Virus record (IMG/VR): IMGVR_UViG_3300045988_107835
Location: 21,458-85,457 of that record
Origin: a virus
Reading direction: 5' to 3' (one strand)
Length of the DNA: 64,000 nt
The stretch's first letter is position 1; every line of letters starts with the position of its first letter. This document shows, piece by piece, positions 8,429 to 18,400 of this stretch. The translations under genes and the position numbers were made by a program. Under the pieces are notes generated by a model. That model made no database searches and was not told where the DNA came from. It saw nothing but the letters and a program-made list of their open reading frames with translations.

Positions 8429-8436
8429 TATATTTG
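8429..8436 (+). promoter_or_regulatory. candidate -7 box TATATTTG upstream of gene 8457
   Basis: TAnnTTTG match 21 nt before ATG. Confidence 0.3.
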
Positions 8437-8456
8437 CACTAAACAACAAAAACAAT

Positions 8457-9476
8457 ATGGAGACAAAAATAACTGAAATAATGAATCCTCACAAGTTACA
8501 CGACAAGCTCTTCAAGAAAGAGCAGGTCTCTCCGATAGAAGTTATATACAATAGCTTCAGCAACTTAGGGTACAATGTAGTACGCCGTCCAGCCGGTCAG
8601 TGCTTAGGCAATTTGAGATATTTTAATCTATTTTATGACAAACATACTCATCATTTCTATCAGAAAGACAGGAAGTTGAGATATTGTAGCAACTTTCTCA
8701 TATCTGATTACTGGAAAGATAGAGTGCGATGTTTCATAGTTTGGAACTTTGGTTTTGGAAGATTCTTTCCGTACAATGACTTTATTGAGGCTATGGTTTA
8801 TGATTATCTCCGATATGGGAGAAAGTCAGTTCCTTATCTTAAAAGCGTGCAAGAGGCTGAAGAAAAGTGTGTAAGGTTCTATATCCGGTCTCAGATAGAC
8901 ATGCTTCGTAAGGAAGGATATGCTGCATACCGGGCTAAGTTTAAGGAAGAACGTCCTCAGTATTTCATCGGAGACGATAGGACGGTGTTTAGGTGCCTTG
9001 ACAGCTCTTTGAAAAGAGAAGAGAAGATTGCTGCATGCGTAGCCCACAAAAGGGCTTTAAAAGAAGGTATAATAACCTCTTTCATCAACCATCTCAAGAA
9101 ACATCCTACCACCTTGTATTCTTGGTTTTCATCAGAGGTAGACAGCGAAGGAAAGAATAGGATATGTTTATCTGACAAGGCTGTTTCGTATTTGAATAAG
9201 AGACTGGTTCGCAATGGATTAAAGGCTCTTTCTGCATCATATCTTTTTAGAACGTTTAGAAAAATGGTGAAGACTTTGTTCGGTTTCAATGTCAGGTCGT
9301 TCTTGAATAGCTGTCTGATGTCTGTTTCAACAGAAGAGGTTTTAACCAAATCTATGAAGAAAATAGTTTCCAAGACGGTGCTGTTTTTGTACAAGAGAGC
9401 GCTTAAGAACTATCGCCGGGCATGCGGTCTTAAGTACGACCCTGATTCGGGCGGTTTGTCTGTCATACGTCCCTGA
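8457..9476 (+). CDS. hypothetical basic, aromatic-rich protein
   Basis: 339-aa ORF with its own promoter-like and terminator context; K/R/F/Y-rich; no motif recognised. Confidence 0.55.
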   Translation: METKITEIMNPHKLHDKLFKKEQVSPIEVIYNSFSNLGYNVVRRPAGQCLGNLRYFNLFYDKHTHHFYQKDRKLRYCSNFLISDYWKDRVRCFIVWNFGFGRFFPYNDFIEAMVYDYLRYGRKSVPYLKSVQEAEEKCVRFYIRSQIDMLRKEGYAAYRAKFKEERPQYFIGDDRTVFRCLDSSLKREEKIAACVAHKRALKEGIITSFINHLKKHPTTLYSWFSSEVDSEGKNRICLSDKAVSYLNKRLVRNGLKALSASYLFRTFRKMVKTLFGFNVRSFLNSCLMSVSTEEVLTKSMKKIVSKTVLFLYKRALKNYRRACGLKYDPDSGGLSVIRP

Positions 9477-9497
9477 TTTTTAAACGTATCCCATAAC

Positions 9498-9530
9498 GTT
9501 GGATTTTCTCGTTCGTTTCTCTTATCTTTG
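9498..9530 (+). promoter_or_regulatory. candidate promoter (TTGG-N19-TATCTTTG)
   Basis: TATCTTTG at 9523-9530 matches TAnnTTTG; ATG at 9545. Confidence 0.3.
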
Positions 9531-9544
9531 TGAAAAAAGATAGT

Positions 9545-12385
9545 ATGAAATTACGAATCATAAAAAATCGTCCGATATTCGCTCCTGGCGGTAGTGTTCA
9601 GGATAAGAAACAGGATATTAATGTATCCTCTACTCAGCCTATTCTTGATTATGGAACGCCTGTTAATAAATGGGGTGAATCTGATATTCAGAATATATAT
9701 ATGCCTTCTGATGTGACTTTAGAAACAGAGGAGGGGGAGATAAATCCATTTAGTAGTATGCCTACATCCGATCCGTTTTTTGAAAATCATGATGCAGGAT
9801 ATGCAGGATATCTCGCTGATAATAGGGGCATGGTTAAAAACGTAGAGAAATCAGTCGTTGATAATGCAATGAATTTAGGTGGTGTTGATTCTGATTCCTC
9901 TAAAGAAAAACGTTCCCAAGATGGTAATCCTCTGGATCCTATGACTACCCCATATTATTCACCCGATCTAACCGGCAGAGCTCAAATGTTCGGTACAAGT
10001 CTTGGTCGGATAAGAGCCGGTAATAAGGTCGGTGCTAATGTGGCTCAAGCTGCCTTGTCTGGTGTTAGTTTAGGATTAGGTCTTACCCGTAATATCATGG
10101 GAGCTTCATCTGCTGCGTATGCAGCCAGCAGAGACGAGCAGGCAGCGAGGGAGAAACTTGCCAAGGAGCGTCGTCAGCAATTCATCAAGTGGGAACGTGA
10201 AGGTGGTGGCGTGAATTTAGGTAACGGTCAGAAGATGGATGCGTCTGATATGACCGGAGAATATATTTATCCTCTTCCCAAGTCTATGGAAGATGCTGCG
10301 AATGTAGAGATAGAGAAAGGCGAGTACGTGCTGGCTCCTGACTCCGTAGGGCCTATGGAAGCCAAAGGGGACAGACATGAAAATGGTGGTACTCCGGTTG
10401 ATTTGCCAGAGGCTTATATTGTTTCCGATTATCGTAAGATAGATGATGAGTTTGCCTCTTACGTTAGAGAAAATTATGGTATTAAGGCAACGTCAAAAGA
10501 TACGTATGCTACACTCCTTGATCGATATAAGAAAAAGATAGGTTTGTCTGATAAGTACGAAGATCAGGAGCGTGTATATAAGAGATTAGAGAAAAATGAA
10601 GAAGTAAAAGACAAAAACACATCTAATCTTAACGCTTCTATTCTTTCCAAGTACGTCAATGAAAACCAGAAAGAGATAGACGAGCTTGAAGCACAATTTC
10701 GTTCTTTCGCTGAAATCGTTTATGGCAAACAGGAAGAATCTAAGCGTAACGAGAAGATGGGTGCTTTTTTCAGGGATGGCGGGGTTGTTGATCTGAATCA
10801 GGTAAAGAAACAAGCTAAGGCTTTTAATATTGCAGAATCGGATGCTAAGAACTGGATATATGACGAGTATGTTAAGCAAACCAGAAAAATGGCTGAAGGT
10901 GGACCTACTCAGAAGGAGCTGGAGGAACTTAGAAAGAATGCTATCGGCTACAATAAGCTTATCAATCAGTTATTTGGACGAACTCTTAATATGACTGTAT
11001 CTGATGTTAGTGGTCGTGAGCAGATTCTTAATCCTGATTCCAGTGTCAATGCCAATCAGAATCTCCAACATAGAAGCAATTTAGGATACGGCAGGGTAAA
11101 TGATAAGGCGGTATCTAATTTGCTCGACGTAAACCGATGGGCTAACAAGTACAATACGGATGGTGATTTTGATACAGAAGGTTTCCAGAAAGGATACAAC
11201 AGGCAATTAAATGCATTGTGGGCGTTAGCTGATGTAGGCGCTATTACGAATGCTGATGCAGCCAAGAAATTCAGAGATGAATACGGATTCTGGGGCCAGG
11301 ACGCCGGAAGCTACGGAGGGAATCAGGCTTATAATTCATTTGCCGTAGATGATAAGTTTGGTCAGACAACAGCTACTCGTTCTTATTATGGGTTGGACGT
11401 TGTTTCGGCAGAGCAAAAAAGATTGTTAAACGAAAAAGGAATAAAGAATTATGTTGACTTATTTGGTGATAAATCTGATGCCGCTAAGAAGATTCTGGGC
11501 TCCGATTATAATAAGTTTGTTGCTTTAAGAGATAGTGGGTTAATGCCGGAAATAGACTTCGTTCTTGAGTCTGTTAAACCAGAAATGAAGCCTATTGAGG
11601 CCGGTCCCATAGCACCAGGCCTTACACCGCCTAAGATTGGATCTCCTGGAAGGGTAGAGGTAAAACCGAAAGCGAGTACGCCTACGACTGCAACCGACAC
11701 CGATACAGAGGAGGTGGTTGAAGACAACGGACCTAAAGGACAGGGCAGACCGGCGGCGTTCGGTCCTATCTTCCCGGAGATGCTGAGAACGCTCGATACA
11801 GGCTTGGAGATAGAAGGTCTGGAAAGACATCAGGCTCCGAGAATAGACCCAGTTCTTCAATCTGCTGATCAGTATATCAACGAGCTCAACCGCGCGACAT
11901 CGGCTCAGTTGGACGCAGTAGGTGGCGTGCCCGACTCCCAGCGCTCCGCTATTCTGGCTAATATGAACGCCATAGCCGGAAGCAATATAGCCAAGTACAT
12001 TAACGAAGTAAATTTCAATAACGCAAGGCAAATAAACGAAGCTGATAGATTCAATGAAATGGCTTATGTTCAGACAGACGATAAGAACATAGCGGAAAGG
12101 CAACGTTATGAATCCGGGTTATTGAAGGCTATGGCTATAAGGGATGAAAATCTTGCTCGTTATTATGATAGCATAAACAGCGAAATACAGAATAAGTTCA
12201 ATGTTCGTACATCATTGAATACCATAGCTTCCATAGCTCCGAATATGAGAATGCTTCCAAGTGGCCAAATTATTTACGTTCAAGGTAATCAGGATGTGAT
12301 GAATATGGGTGATTATTCTACACCTTACTTGAGAAGTTTAAATGAAGAAGATGATGAAACTAAAAGAAGAAGGAGGACCAAATAG
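9545..12385 (+). CDS. large virion protein (about 946 aa)
   Basis: ORF 9530-12385 (GTG) trimmed to the first ATG after the promoter box; Gly/Ala-rich N-terminal region, TDTDTEE linker; first of five consecutive large late ORFs. Confidence 0.6.
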   Translation: MKLRIIKNRPIFAPGGSVQDKKQDINVSSTQPILDYGTPVNKWGESDIQNIYMPSDVTLETEEGEINPFSSMPTSDPFFENHDAGYAGYLADNRGMVKNVEKSVVDNAMNLGGVDSDSSKEKRSQDGNPLDPMTTPYYSPDLTGRAQMFGTSLGRIRAGNKVGANVAQAALSGVSLGLGLTRNIMGASSAAYAASRDEQAAREKLAKERRQQFIKWEREGGGVNLGNGQKMDASDMTGEYIYPLPKSMEDAANVEIEKGEYVLAPDSVGPMEAKGDRHENGGTPVDLPEAYIVSDYRKIDDEFASYVRENYGIKATSKDTYATLLDRYKKKIGLSDKYEDQERVYKRLEKNEEVKDKNTSNLNASILSKYVNENQKEIDELEAQFRSFAEIVYGKQEESKRNEKMGAFFRDGGVVDLNQVKKQAKAFNIAESDAKNWIYDEYVKQTRKMAEGGPTQKELEELRKNAIGYNKLINQLFGRTLNMTVSDVSGREQILNPDSSVNANQNLQHRSNLGYGRVNDKAVSNLLDVNRWANKYNTDGDFDTEGFQKGYNRQLNALWALADVGAITNADAAKKFRDEYGFWGQDAGSYGGNQAYNSFAVDDKFGQTTATRSYYGLDVVSAEQKRLLNEKGIKNYVDLFGDKSDAAKKILGSDYNKFVALRDSGLMPEIDFVLESVKPEMKPIEAGPIAPGLTPPKIGSPGRVEVKPKASTPTTATDTDTEEVVEDNGPKGQGRPAAFGPIFPEMLRTLDTGLEIEGLERHQAPRIDPVLQSADQYINELNRATSAQLDAVGGVPDSQRSAILANMNAIAGSNIAKYINEVNFNNARQINEADRFNEMAYVQTDDKNIAERQRYESGLLKAMAIRDENLARYYDSINSEIQNKFNVRTSLNTIASIAPNMRMLPSGQIIYVQGNQDVMNMGDYSTPYLRSLNEEDDETKRRRRTK

Positions 12386-15300
12386 TGGCTTCACAGTATA
12401 GTATTTTAAGGCAATATGCCCCGTATGTTAGTCCTTACAACATAGATCTTGTTAAGGACGTCATGATGTACAAACAGCAGAAGGTTGATGCTGCTCGTGA
12501 AAAGATCTATACCCAGGTAGATTATCTTATGGGTCAAGAGATAGATAAGCCTGAAGCCCGCGCTTATATGGAAGATAAGATGTCAGGTGTGATTGCTAAC
12601 ATCAATCAAAAATTCAAAGGCGTGGATCTTTCTTCTGATGGTGTTACGAGAGCCATACAAGGAGAGATCAGTTCAGTGTTGGATGATACGGTCATTAACG
12701 CGATTGCCGGCACAAAAGAAGGCAAGAGGGTTATGAAGGAAATAGAATCTATAAAACAGAATCATCCTGAACTTTATTCTCCTATTAATGAATGGCATGC
12801 TTTGGACCCTTATTACAAATGGAGGTCAGATGGTAAAGCAGGATCAAGGTTGGGAGGTCTTCATTATTCTCCTTATGTCGATTATACTAAGGAGATAAAT
12901 AAGCTGGTCAGTGATTTTAGGAAAAACAACGAAGGCAAGAAGATTCAGACAACAGAATATGATGTTAAAGGTAATCCTACTGGTGGAATCATAGAAGTCA
13001 ACGTAGATGAGCTTACTGATTCCCAGATAAGGAATTTTGTGTCTGCTAACTTATCTGAAAACATGAGGAATCAGATGAGAATAGAAGCATCATACATGGC
13101 AGCTACCAATCCGGTGTTCAGTAATCCAGATTTGGTTAGTCAATACATTGGGTCTTATGTCGAAAGATACGATAGGCACATAGGAGCATTGGAAGCAAAA
13201 AAGAAATCAGTAGGGGATAATAAGGATATTATTGATCGTATTGACAGTCAGATACAGGAAGCTAAAAATCAGAAAGCAGAAGCCAAGAGGGAGGCAGATA
13301 TGATAATAGCTTCATCAGATCCGGTAGCGGCTGCTAATTTTGTTGTTACCAATAATCTTTTCGATAAGATGACTGATGCATGGAGATACGACAATACAAG
13401 TTTTGAAAGGAAGAAAGATGATCTTTATTTTGCAAGGTTGGCAGAGGATAGGGCTCAGCAAAAGTTTTTGACTGATAATGCTAAGTCTATGGTTGAAATA
13501 TCGTTGGCAAAAGAGCAACTTGCACAGGCTAAGATTGAAACCGAATACATGCGTACTTACGGTTCCAAGATGGGCACTGAAAGCTCATCCGGAGGCACAA
13601 GAGGAGCAGGCGGTGTAGGAGTGCCGATGGCTCCTATGGACGGGCCTACGGCTATCAATTCTGGAACGGGTAAGATAGGATCTGTTAATTTGGCTAATAT
13701 CCCTTATGAACAACTCACATCTTCTTCCACAGAGCGTAGAGCAAATTTATTGAAATTATATAATTCATTATCTCCTACAGACAGAAGTAATATCGTTGCA
13801 GCATCATACGAAGAAGAAAAAACTGACCCAGGATTGTATGCTAATATGACTCCTGAAGAACGGATATATTCTTATTTAAAAAATAATGGAGGTCAGAAAA
13901 ACGGATATTTTGGACAAGGAAATAACAGATTGTCTGAAGCTTATGATGCTTTACTTCTTTCTGATTCTAAGGCAAATGGAGCTACAAAGGCTATAAATAA
14001 CATAACTGATTATCAAATAGATAATATAGTTACTAAAAAAAATAAGGATATTATCAGTAAAGTTCGTAATGCTAAGTTTATGAAAGGAAGTTCTTTTATA
14101 AATCTTACCGATACAGATGATAAGGCTGGAGCCTTCCTGCTCGCCACAGCCATAACAACTGGTGTATCTGATGCCGTAGGGTTCAGAGAATACATGATGG
14201 ACCCTTCAAGAGGAATAGATATTCTTAGTGCTATATCTCCGTCATTAGGGGCTAAGGTGAGTGCCGGCAAGTTGGGGAAAAACATATCTGATGCTATTAC
14301 AAGCGAGAATAATGGTTCCTCTACTGGTACATTAGCTCTTATTAATGGAATGAAGAAACTCAACGGCGATCCTGATTTTAATATATCTGATTATATGACC
14401 ATAGATAAGGATGGTGATATAGATTTAAAAGATTATCAGGAAGGTGAACCATTAACTATTACCCAGCTAAGATATGCTGAGAAAAACAGTAGAGTGTCTG
14501 ATATGATAGCAGGTCAGATGCAGGATGAGATAAAAATGTCTGTATCTCCTGATCAGATTTCTGATAAGTTATCTCAGTATCATTACCTTGATTCTTACAA
14601 AAGATACAATTGGAATGCCGATTCACCGGAAAAGTCTTTGCAGAAGGCTCAGTTTAGAAGATTGTCTGGTTACATGGCAGGAAAGGTAAATAATCTGGAT
14701 CCTACTGCTATTAATGCCATTAATATGGATGCCGAGATAGATAATGGCACTGTTAGAAGATTCTTGACTGCTCAAGTAGGTTCCGGTAAAAATTCTTATG
14801 TTACAGAAAGGGTTGAGATTACGAATGACGAGCTTCTTAAGGCGGGTATAGATCCTTCGGTCGAGGAGCGTAATTATCCGGTGGATGGTTACAAATCAAG
14901 TTTTGGAACCTGTGATTTTGTAGATACCGGAAAGAAGGAAGGTTATTCTTATGATAAGTATCTTATACGTAATGGTCTTCCCCGTTTGGCTTCTAAGGCT
15001 GATGTTAAGAATGATCTTTATGATATAGTAAAGGTTCATGGTTCTTACCTTAAGCCAGAAGAAATGAATGTTGTTAAAACCCTTGTTGATAATTTTATTG
15101 ACATGTCTGATAATATATCAGTTCAGTTGGAGGGAATGGACGATAGGGGTTCAAGAGAGGTAGCGGTCAATTTCTATGACAAAAGGACTAAAAATTCTAA
15201 AAATCCTGCATTGTTGTTCTCGGATTTTGTTCCTTTGGATCCAGGTAATGATGAGTATGCGGATTACTGGAATAGCATTCACCAGAAGTGTCCTCAGTAC

Positions 15301-15444
15301 TTCTTTATAAAATATGTGAAGGAGGCTGTTCAAGAACGTCTTGATCAGATGAGGGATCCGTATATGAGAGGAATAAATATCACGCCCAATATGAATGACA
15401 AGTTTAGTAAGTTGAACGATTTTTTGCAGAAAATTTATGGCTGA
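12385..15444 (+). CDS. large virion protein (1019 aa)
   Basis: GTG start overlapping the upstream stop (TAGTG), suggesting translational coupling; Gly-rich segment GGTRGAGGVGVP; no defined catalytic motif. Confidence 0.6.
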   Translation: MASQYSILRQYAPYVSPYNIDLVKDVMMYKQQKVDAAREKIYTQVDYLMGQEIDKPEARAYMEDKMSGVIANINQKFKGVDLSSDGVTRAIQGEISSVLDDTVINAIAGTKEGKRVMKEIESIKQNHPELYSPINEWHALDPYYKWRSDGKAGSRLGGLHYSPYVDYTKEINKLVSDFRKNNEGKKIQTTEYDVKGNPTGGIIEVNVDELTDSQIRNFVSANLSENMRNQMRIEASYMAATNPVFSNPDLVSQYIGSYVERYDRHIGALEAKKKSVGDNKDIIDRIDSQIQEAKNQKAEAKREADMIIASSDPVAAANFVVTNNLFDKMTDAWRYDNTSFERKKDDLYFARLAEDRAQQKFLTDNAKSMVEISLAKEQLAQAKIETEYMRTYGSKMGTESSSGGTRGAGGVGVPMAPMDGPTAINSGTGKIGSVNLANIPYEQLTSSSTERRANLLKLYNSLSPTDRSNIVAASYEEEKTDPGLYANMTPEERIYSYLKNNGGQKNGYFGQGNNRLSEAYDALLLSDSKANGATKAINNITDYQIDNIVTKKNKDIISKVRNAKFMKGSSFINLTDTDDKAGAFLLATAITTGVSDAVGFREYMMDPSRGIDILSAISPSLGAKVSAGKLGKNISDAITSENNGSSTGTLALINGMKKLNGDPDFNISDYMTIDKDGDIDLKDYQEGEPLTITQLRYAEKNSRVSDMIAGQMQDEIKMSVSPDQISDKLSQYHYLDSYKRYNWNADSPEKSLQKAQFRRLSGYMAGKVNNLDPTAINAINMDAEIDNGTVRRFLTAQVGSGKNSYVTERVEITNDELLKAGIDPSVEERNYPVDGYKSSFGTCDFVDTGKKEGYSYDKYLIRNGLPRLASKADVKNDLYDIVKVHGSYLKPEEMNVVKTLVDNFIDMSDNISVQLEGMDDRGSREVAVNFYDKRTKNSKNPALLFSDFVPLDPGNDEYADYWNSIHQKCPQYFFIKYVKEAVQERLDQMRDPYMRGINITPNMNDKFSKLNDFLQKIYG

Positions 15445-18400
15445 CAATAATATAGATAGATATAATCCTGCTGCTAAAACCACTTACGAAGATGTGGCAA
15501 GGCAAAGGAAATTAGCCGAAGAAGAGAATTACACTCCGGCTACATTACCAGAGACGACAACACCTCTGGTTCCTAATTATATGCCTGGTGAAGGTGTGTA
15601 TGCCCAACCTAAATTTCCGGATTACGCATCAAGGATAGCTGCTGCCGAATACGAAGAACCGTATATAGCCAAGGAGATAAGCAACAGCTACTCGGAGGCA
15701 CTGGCTCGTAACAGCTACAGGGAGGCTACACCTGCCCCGCCGCCTCTTAATCCCTATGGACCAAAGGTAAGTATCCGTGAAAGTCATCAGATGGGTAATG
15801 ATGGGGTATGGCGTACAAAATATCCCAACTATATTCCGGGTATAAATAATGAAGATTATTATGCCAGAAGACAGAGCGGATGGAGTAAGTTTTGGAATGG
15901 TGTAGGCAAATTCGCTTTAAAGTCCGCATTGTACGGTGCGCAAGGAGTTGTGTCACTGCCTGACAAACTTATCAATATGGCATCTGAGGGAAGTTACAAA
16001 GCTGCGTTAAACACCAACATGGATAAGTTTGTAGGTGATCTTGACCAGCAAATAGACATGCTTCTTCCCCATTATTACAAGAAAGAGGTAGAAGATTATA
16101 ATTTTGGTCAGAAGCTTTTTAAGGATACCGGTAATTTCTTATGGAATGATGTCCTTGGTAATGGTATGTCTTTTACCGTAGGAGCCATGATATCAGCGTA
16201 CATGACCGGAGGACTTGGAGTTGGATCATTGGGCAATATAGGTGCTAAATTAGGTGGAAGAATCGGAGCTAAGTTAGCAGCAAGGCAAGCTGCCAATAGG
16301 GGCATAGGAAGCCTTAAAGGTGTGTTTAACGACTATGTAAGAAAAGGAGTTGCTACCGGAAGAAATGTAGGGGAGGCGGCTAAGACCATGACGTTGTTGG
16401 CTACCAGTGCCGGATTCGAGTCATCGGTTGAAGCAAATTCTTTTATGAAGCAATCTGAGTCTGATTTCAAGGATTATTATCGTAAGATTTATGGTCGTGA
16501 TCCCAATGCAGAGGAAATGGCTGTTTTTCGTAATTCTAATGCTGATGTAGGCAGTGCTATATTTGCCGCCAATATGGGTATCGTAGGATTATCTAACTGG
16601 CTTCTTTTCGGTAAGTATATAGGGTTAGGAGGCAAGGCTATACCTGGGTTGGAAAAGAAGCTCAACAAGCATTTATTTGGATTAGGGACGGAAGTTGCGA
16701 AGCCGGGAGAGATGGCTATTAAAATAACCAATCCCAATATAGGACAGAAGATAGCAGGCAATGTTTTCAATATCATGAAAAGACCGGTATCTGAAGGATT
16801 ATGGGAAGAAGGATCTCAAGGTGCTGTTCAGAATACGGCTGAGGAATATGTTAAGTCAAGATATGATAATGTCGCCATGAACGGAGCCGTTGATGTTCTT
16901 GATGCTATTTCTGAAGGATTTAAAAAGCAATATACGTCTAAAGAAGGATGGACTGAAATAGGAATCGGTGCTATTATCGGTTCTTTGTTCGGTATGAGGG
17001 AAGGCTTCTTTGGGGTTAAAGAGTATAGCAATAGTCAGATCTTGCTGGAAAGGCAAGTGAATGAATATAACAAAGCATCTTCTAATCTTAACACGGCGGC
17101 TTTGAATACGTTGAAAAAATCAATGAGTTTAGGGCCTCAAGTTCGTTCCGATGCCCAGTCTATGACTGGTAAGGAGCTTGATGATGCTATGTTTGAAAAG
17201 ATGTCTATTGACAACCAAATGGGAACCTTAGAGGATTCGGCTGAAAATTTCCGGCAGATGATTGATATGGTGCCTATTTCGGAAATAGCCGAAGCTAATG
17301 GAATGTCTTTGGAAGAGGCAAAGAAATACAAGGATTCTATTATTGATAATTATAACAATCGTCTTTCGGATTTCAGATCTGCCCAGAGTTTTGCCGAAGA
17401 TCTTATAGGTGATGATTCTAAGATTGAGTTTAGGAAATACGTGGCTCGTAATGCCTTCCTTGGTCTTCAATCAGAATCAAGAATGAAAGACATAGCTTCT
17501 GTCATAGAAACGCTTTCGGGGCAGCCTCGCGTGGCAGATGCACTAAGTACGTTCTCCCGGCTGTCGGACAGGGCAAGGGAGCGGGCGATGGCTATCCGTG
17601 GCATACGGTCAAGAATAGAAGAACTTGAATCCGAAATAGAAGATCTTGCTACCCGCCCTCGCAACGTAGAAGGGAAAGATCCACAAGCTGAATCCATACA
17701 ACGAAAAACCAAAGAATTGGAAAGCCTTAGAACCAATTACAATAATTCGTTGTCTGAGTTATCAACGTTAATAGGAAAAGAGTTTTCGATAGAAGAGCTG
17801 GTAAGTAAAACCGAATCTGTTTTATCATCTCCTCTTTCTCCCATAAGTTCACAAGATGTGATAGAAGCCTATGATACGCTTGTGGCTTTTGATGATTATT
17901 TTAATGTAAAATCAAGACAGGAAAAGAAGTTTACAGCCAAAGACAAAGCCATGAGATCCTTGGTAAATGAATACCGAAGAAGTTTGATGGACTATAGGAA
18001 TATGAATAACTTCTTGTCTAAGATGCTTGATAAAAGATTCTTAGCTGAGGAAAACAGGGGGTTTTCAAAAGCGCTGTCTTCTCTATGGTCTACTCCTTAT
18101 AAAGGGGATGACAAGGTTCCTGATTTTGCAGAGTCTAATAAAGTTGGTGAATATGACACTGATGAGGTAGTAGATCAAGCTGTGTCAGAAGGTAAGATTT
18201 CGGAAGACGAAGCTTGGACTATCAAGGCTTTTATGCATGCTCTTGATAAAGCAAGGGAAGATAGGATGAAGGAAGCAGAAGATGATATAAAAGAGTCACC
18301 GCTTACGGAGTCTGTATCGGATGAAGATTATGAGGCTGCGATGGACAATCCTATTATGGTTCCGGCCGTAAGGCAGTCTATAATTGATAAACTATATACA

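Noticed and set aside
14380-14420. DKDGD in the 1019-aa protein as a possible RNA polymerase DxDGD catalytic motif
   Set aside because: A five-residue match without the surrounding double-psi beta-barrel context is within chance in a 1000-aa Asp-rich protein. No similar motif occurs in the two giant proteins, so no RNAP claim is made.
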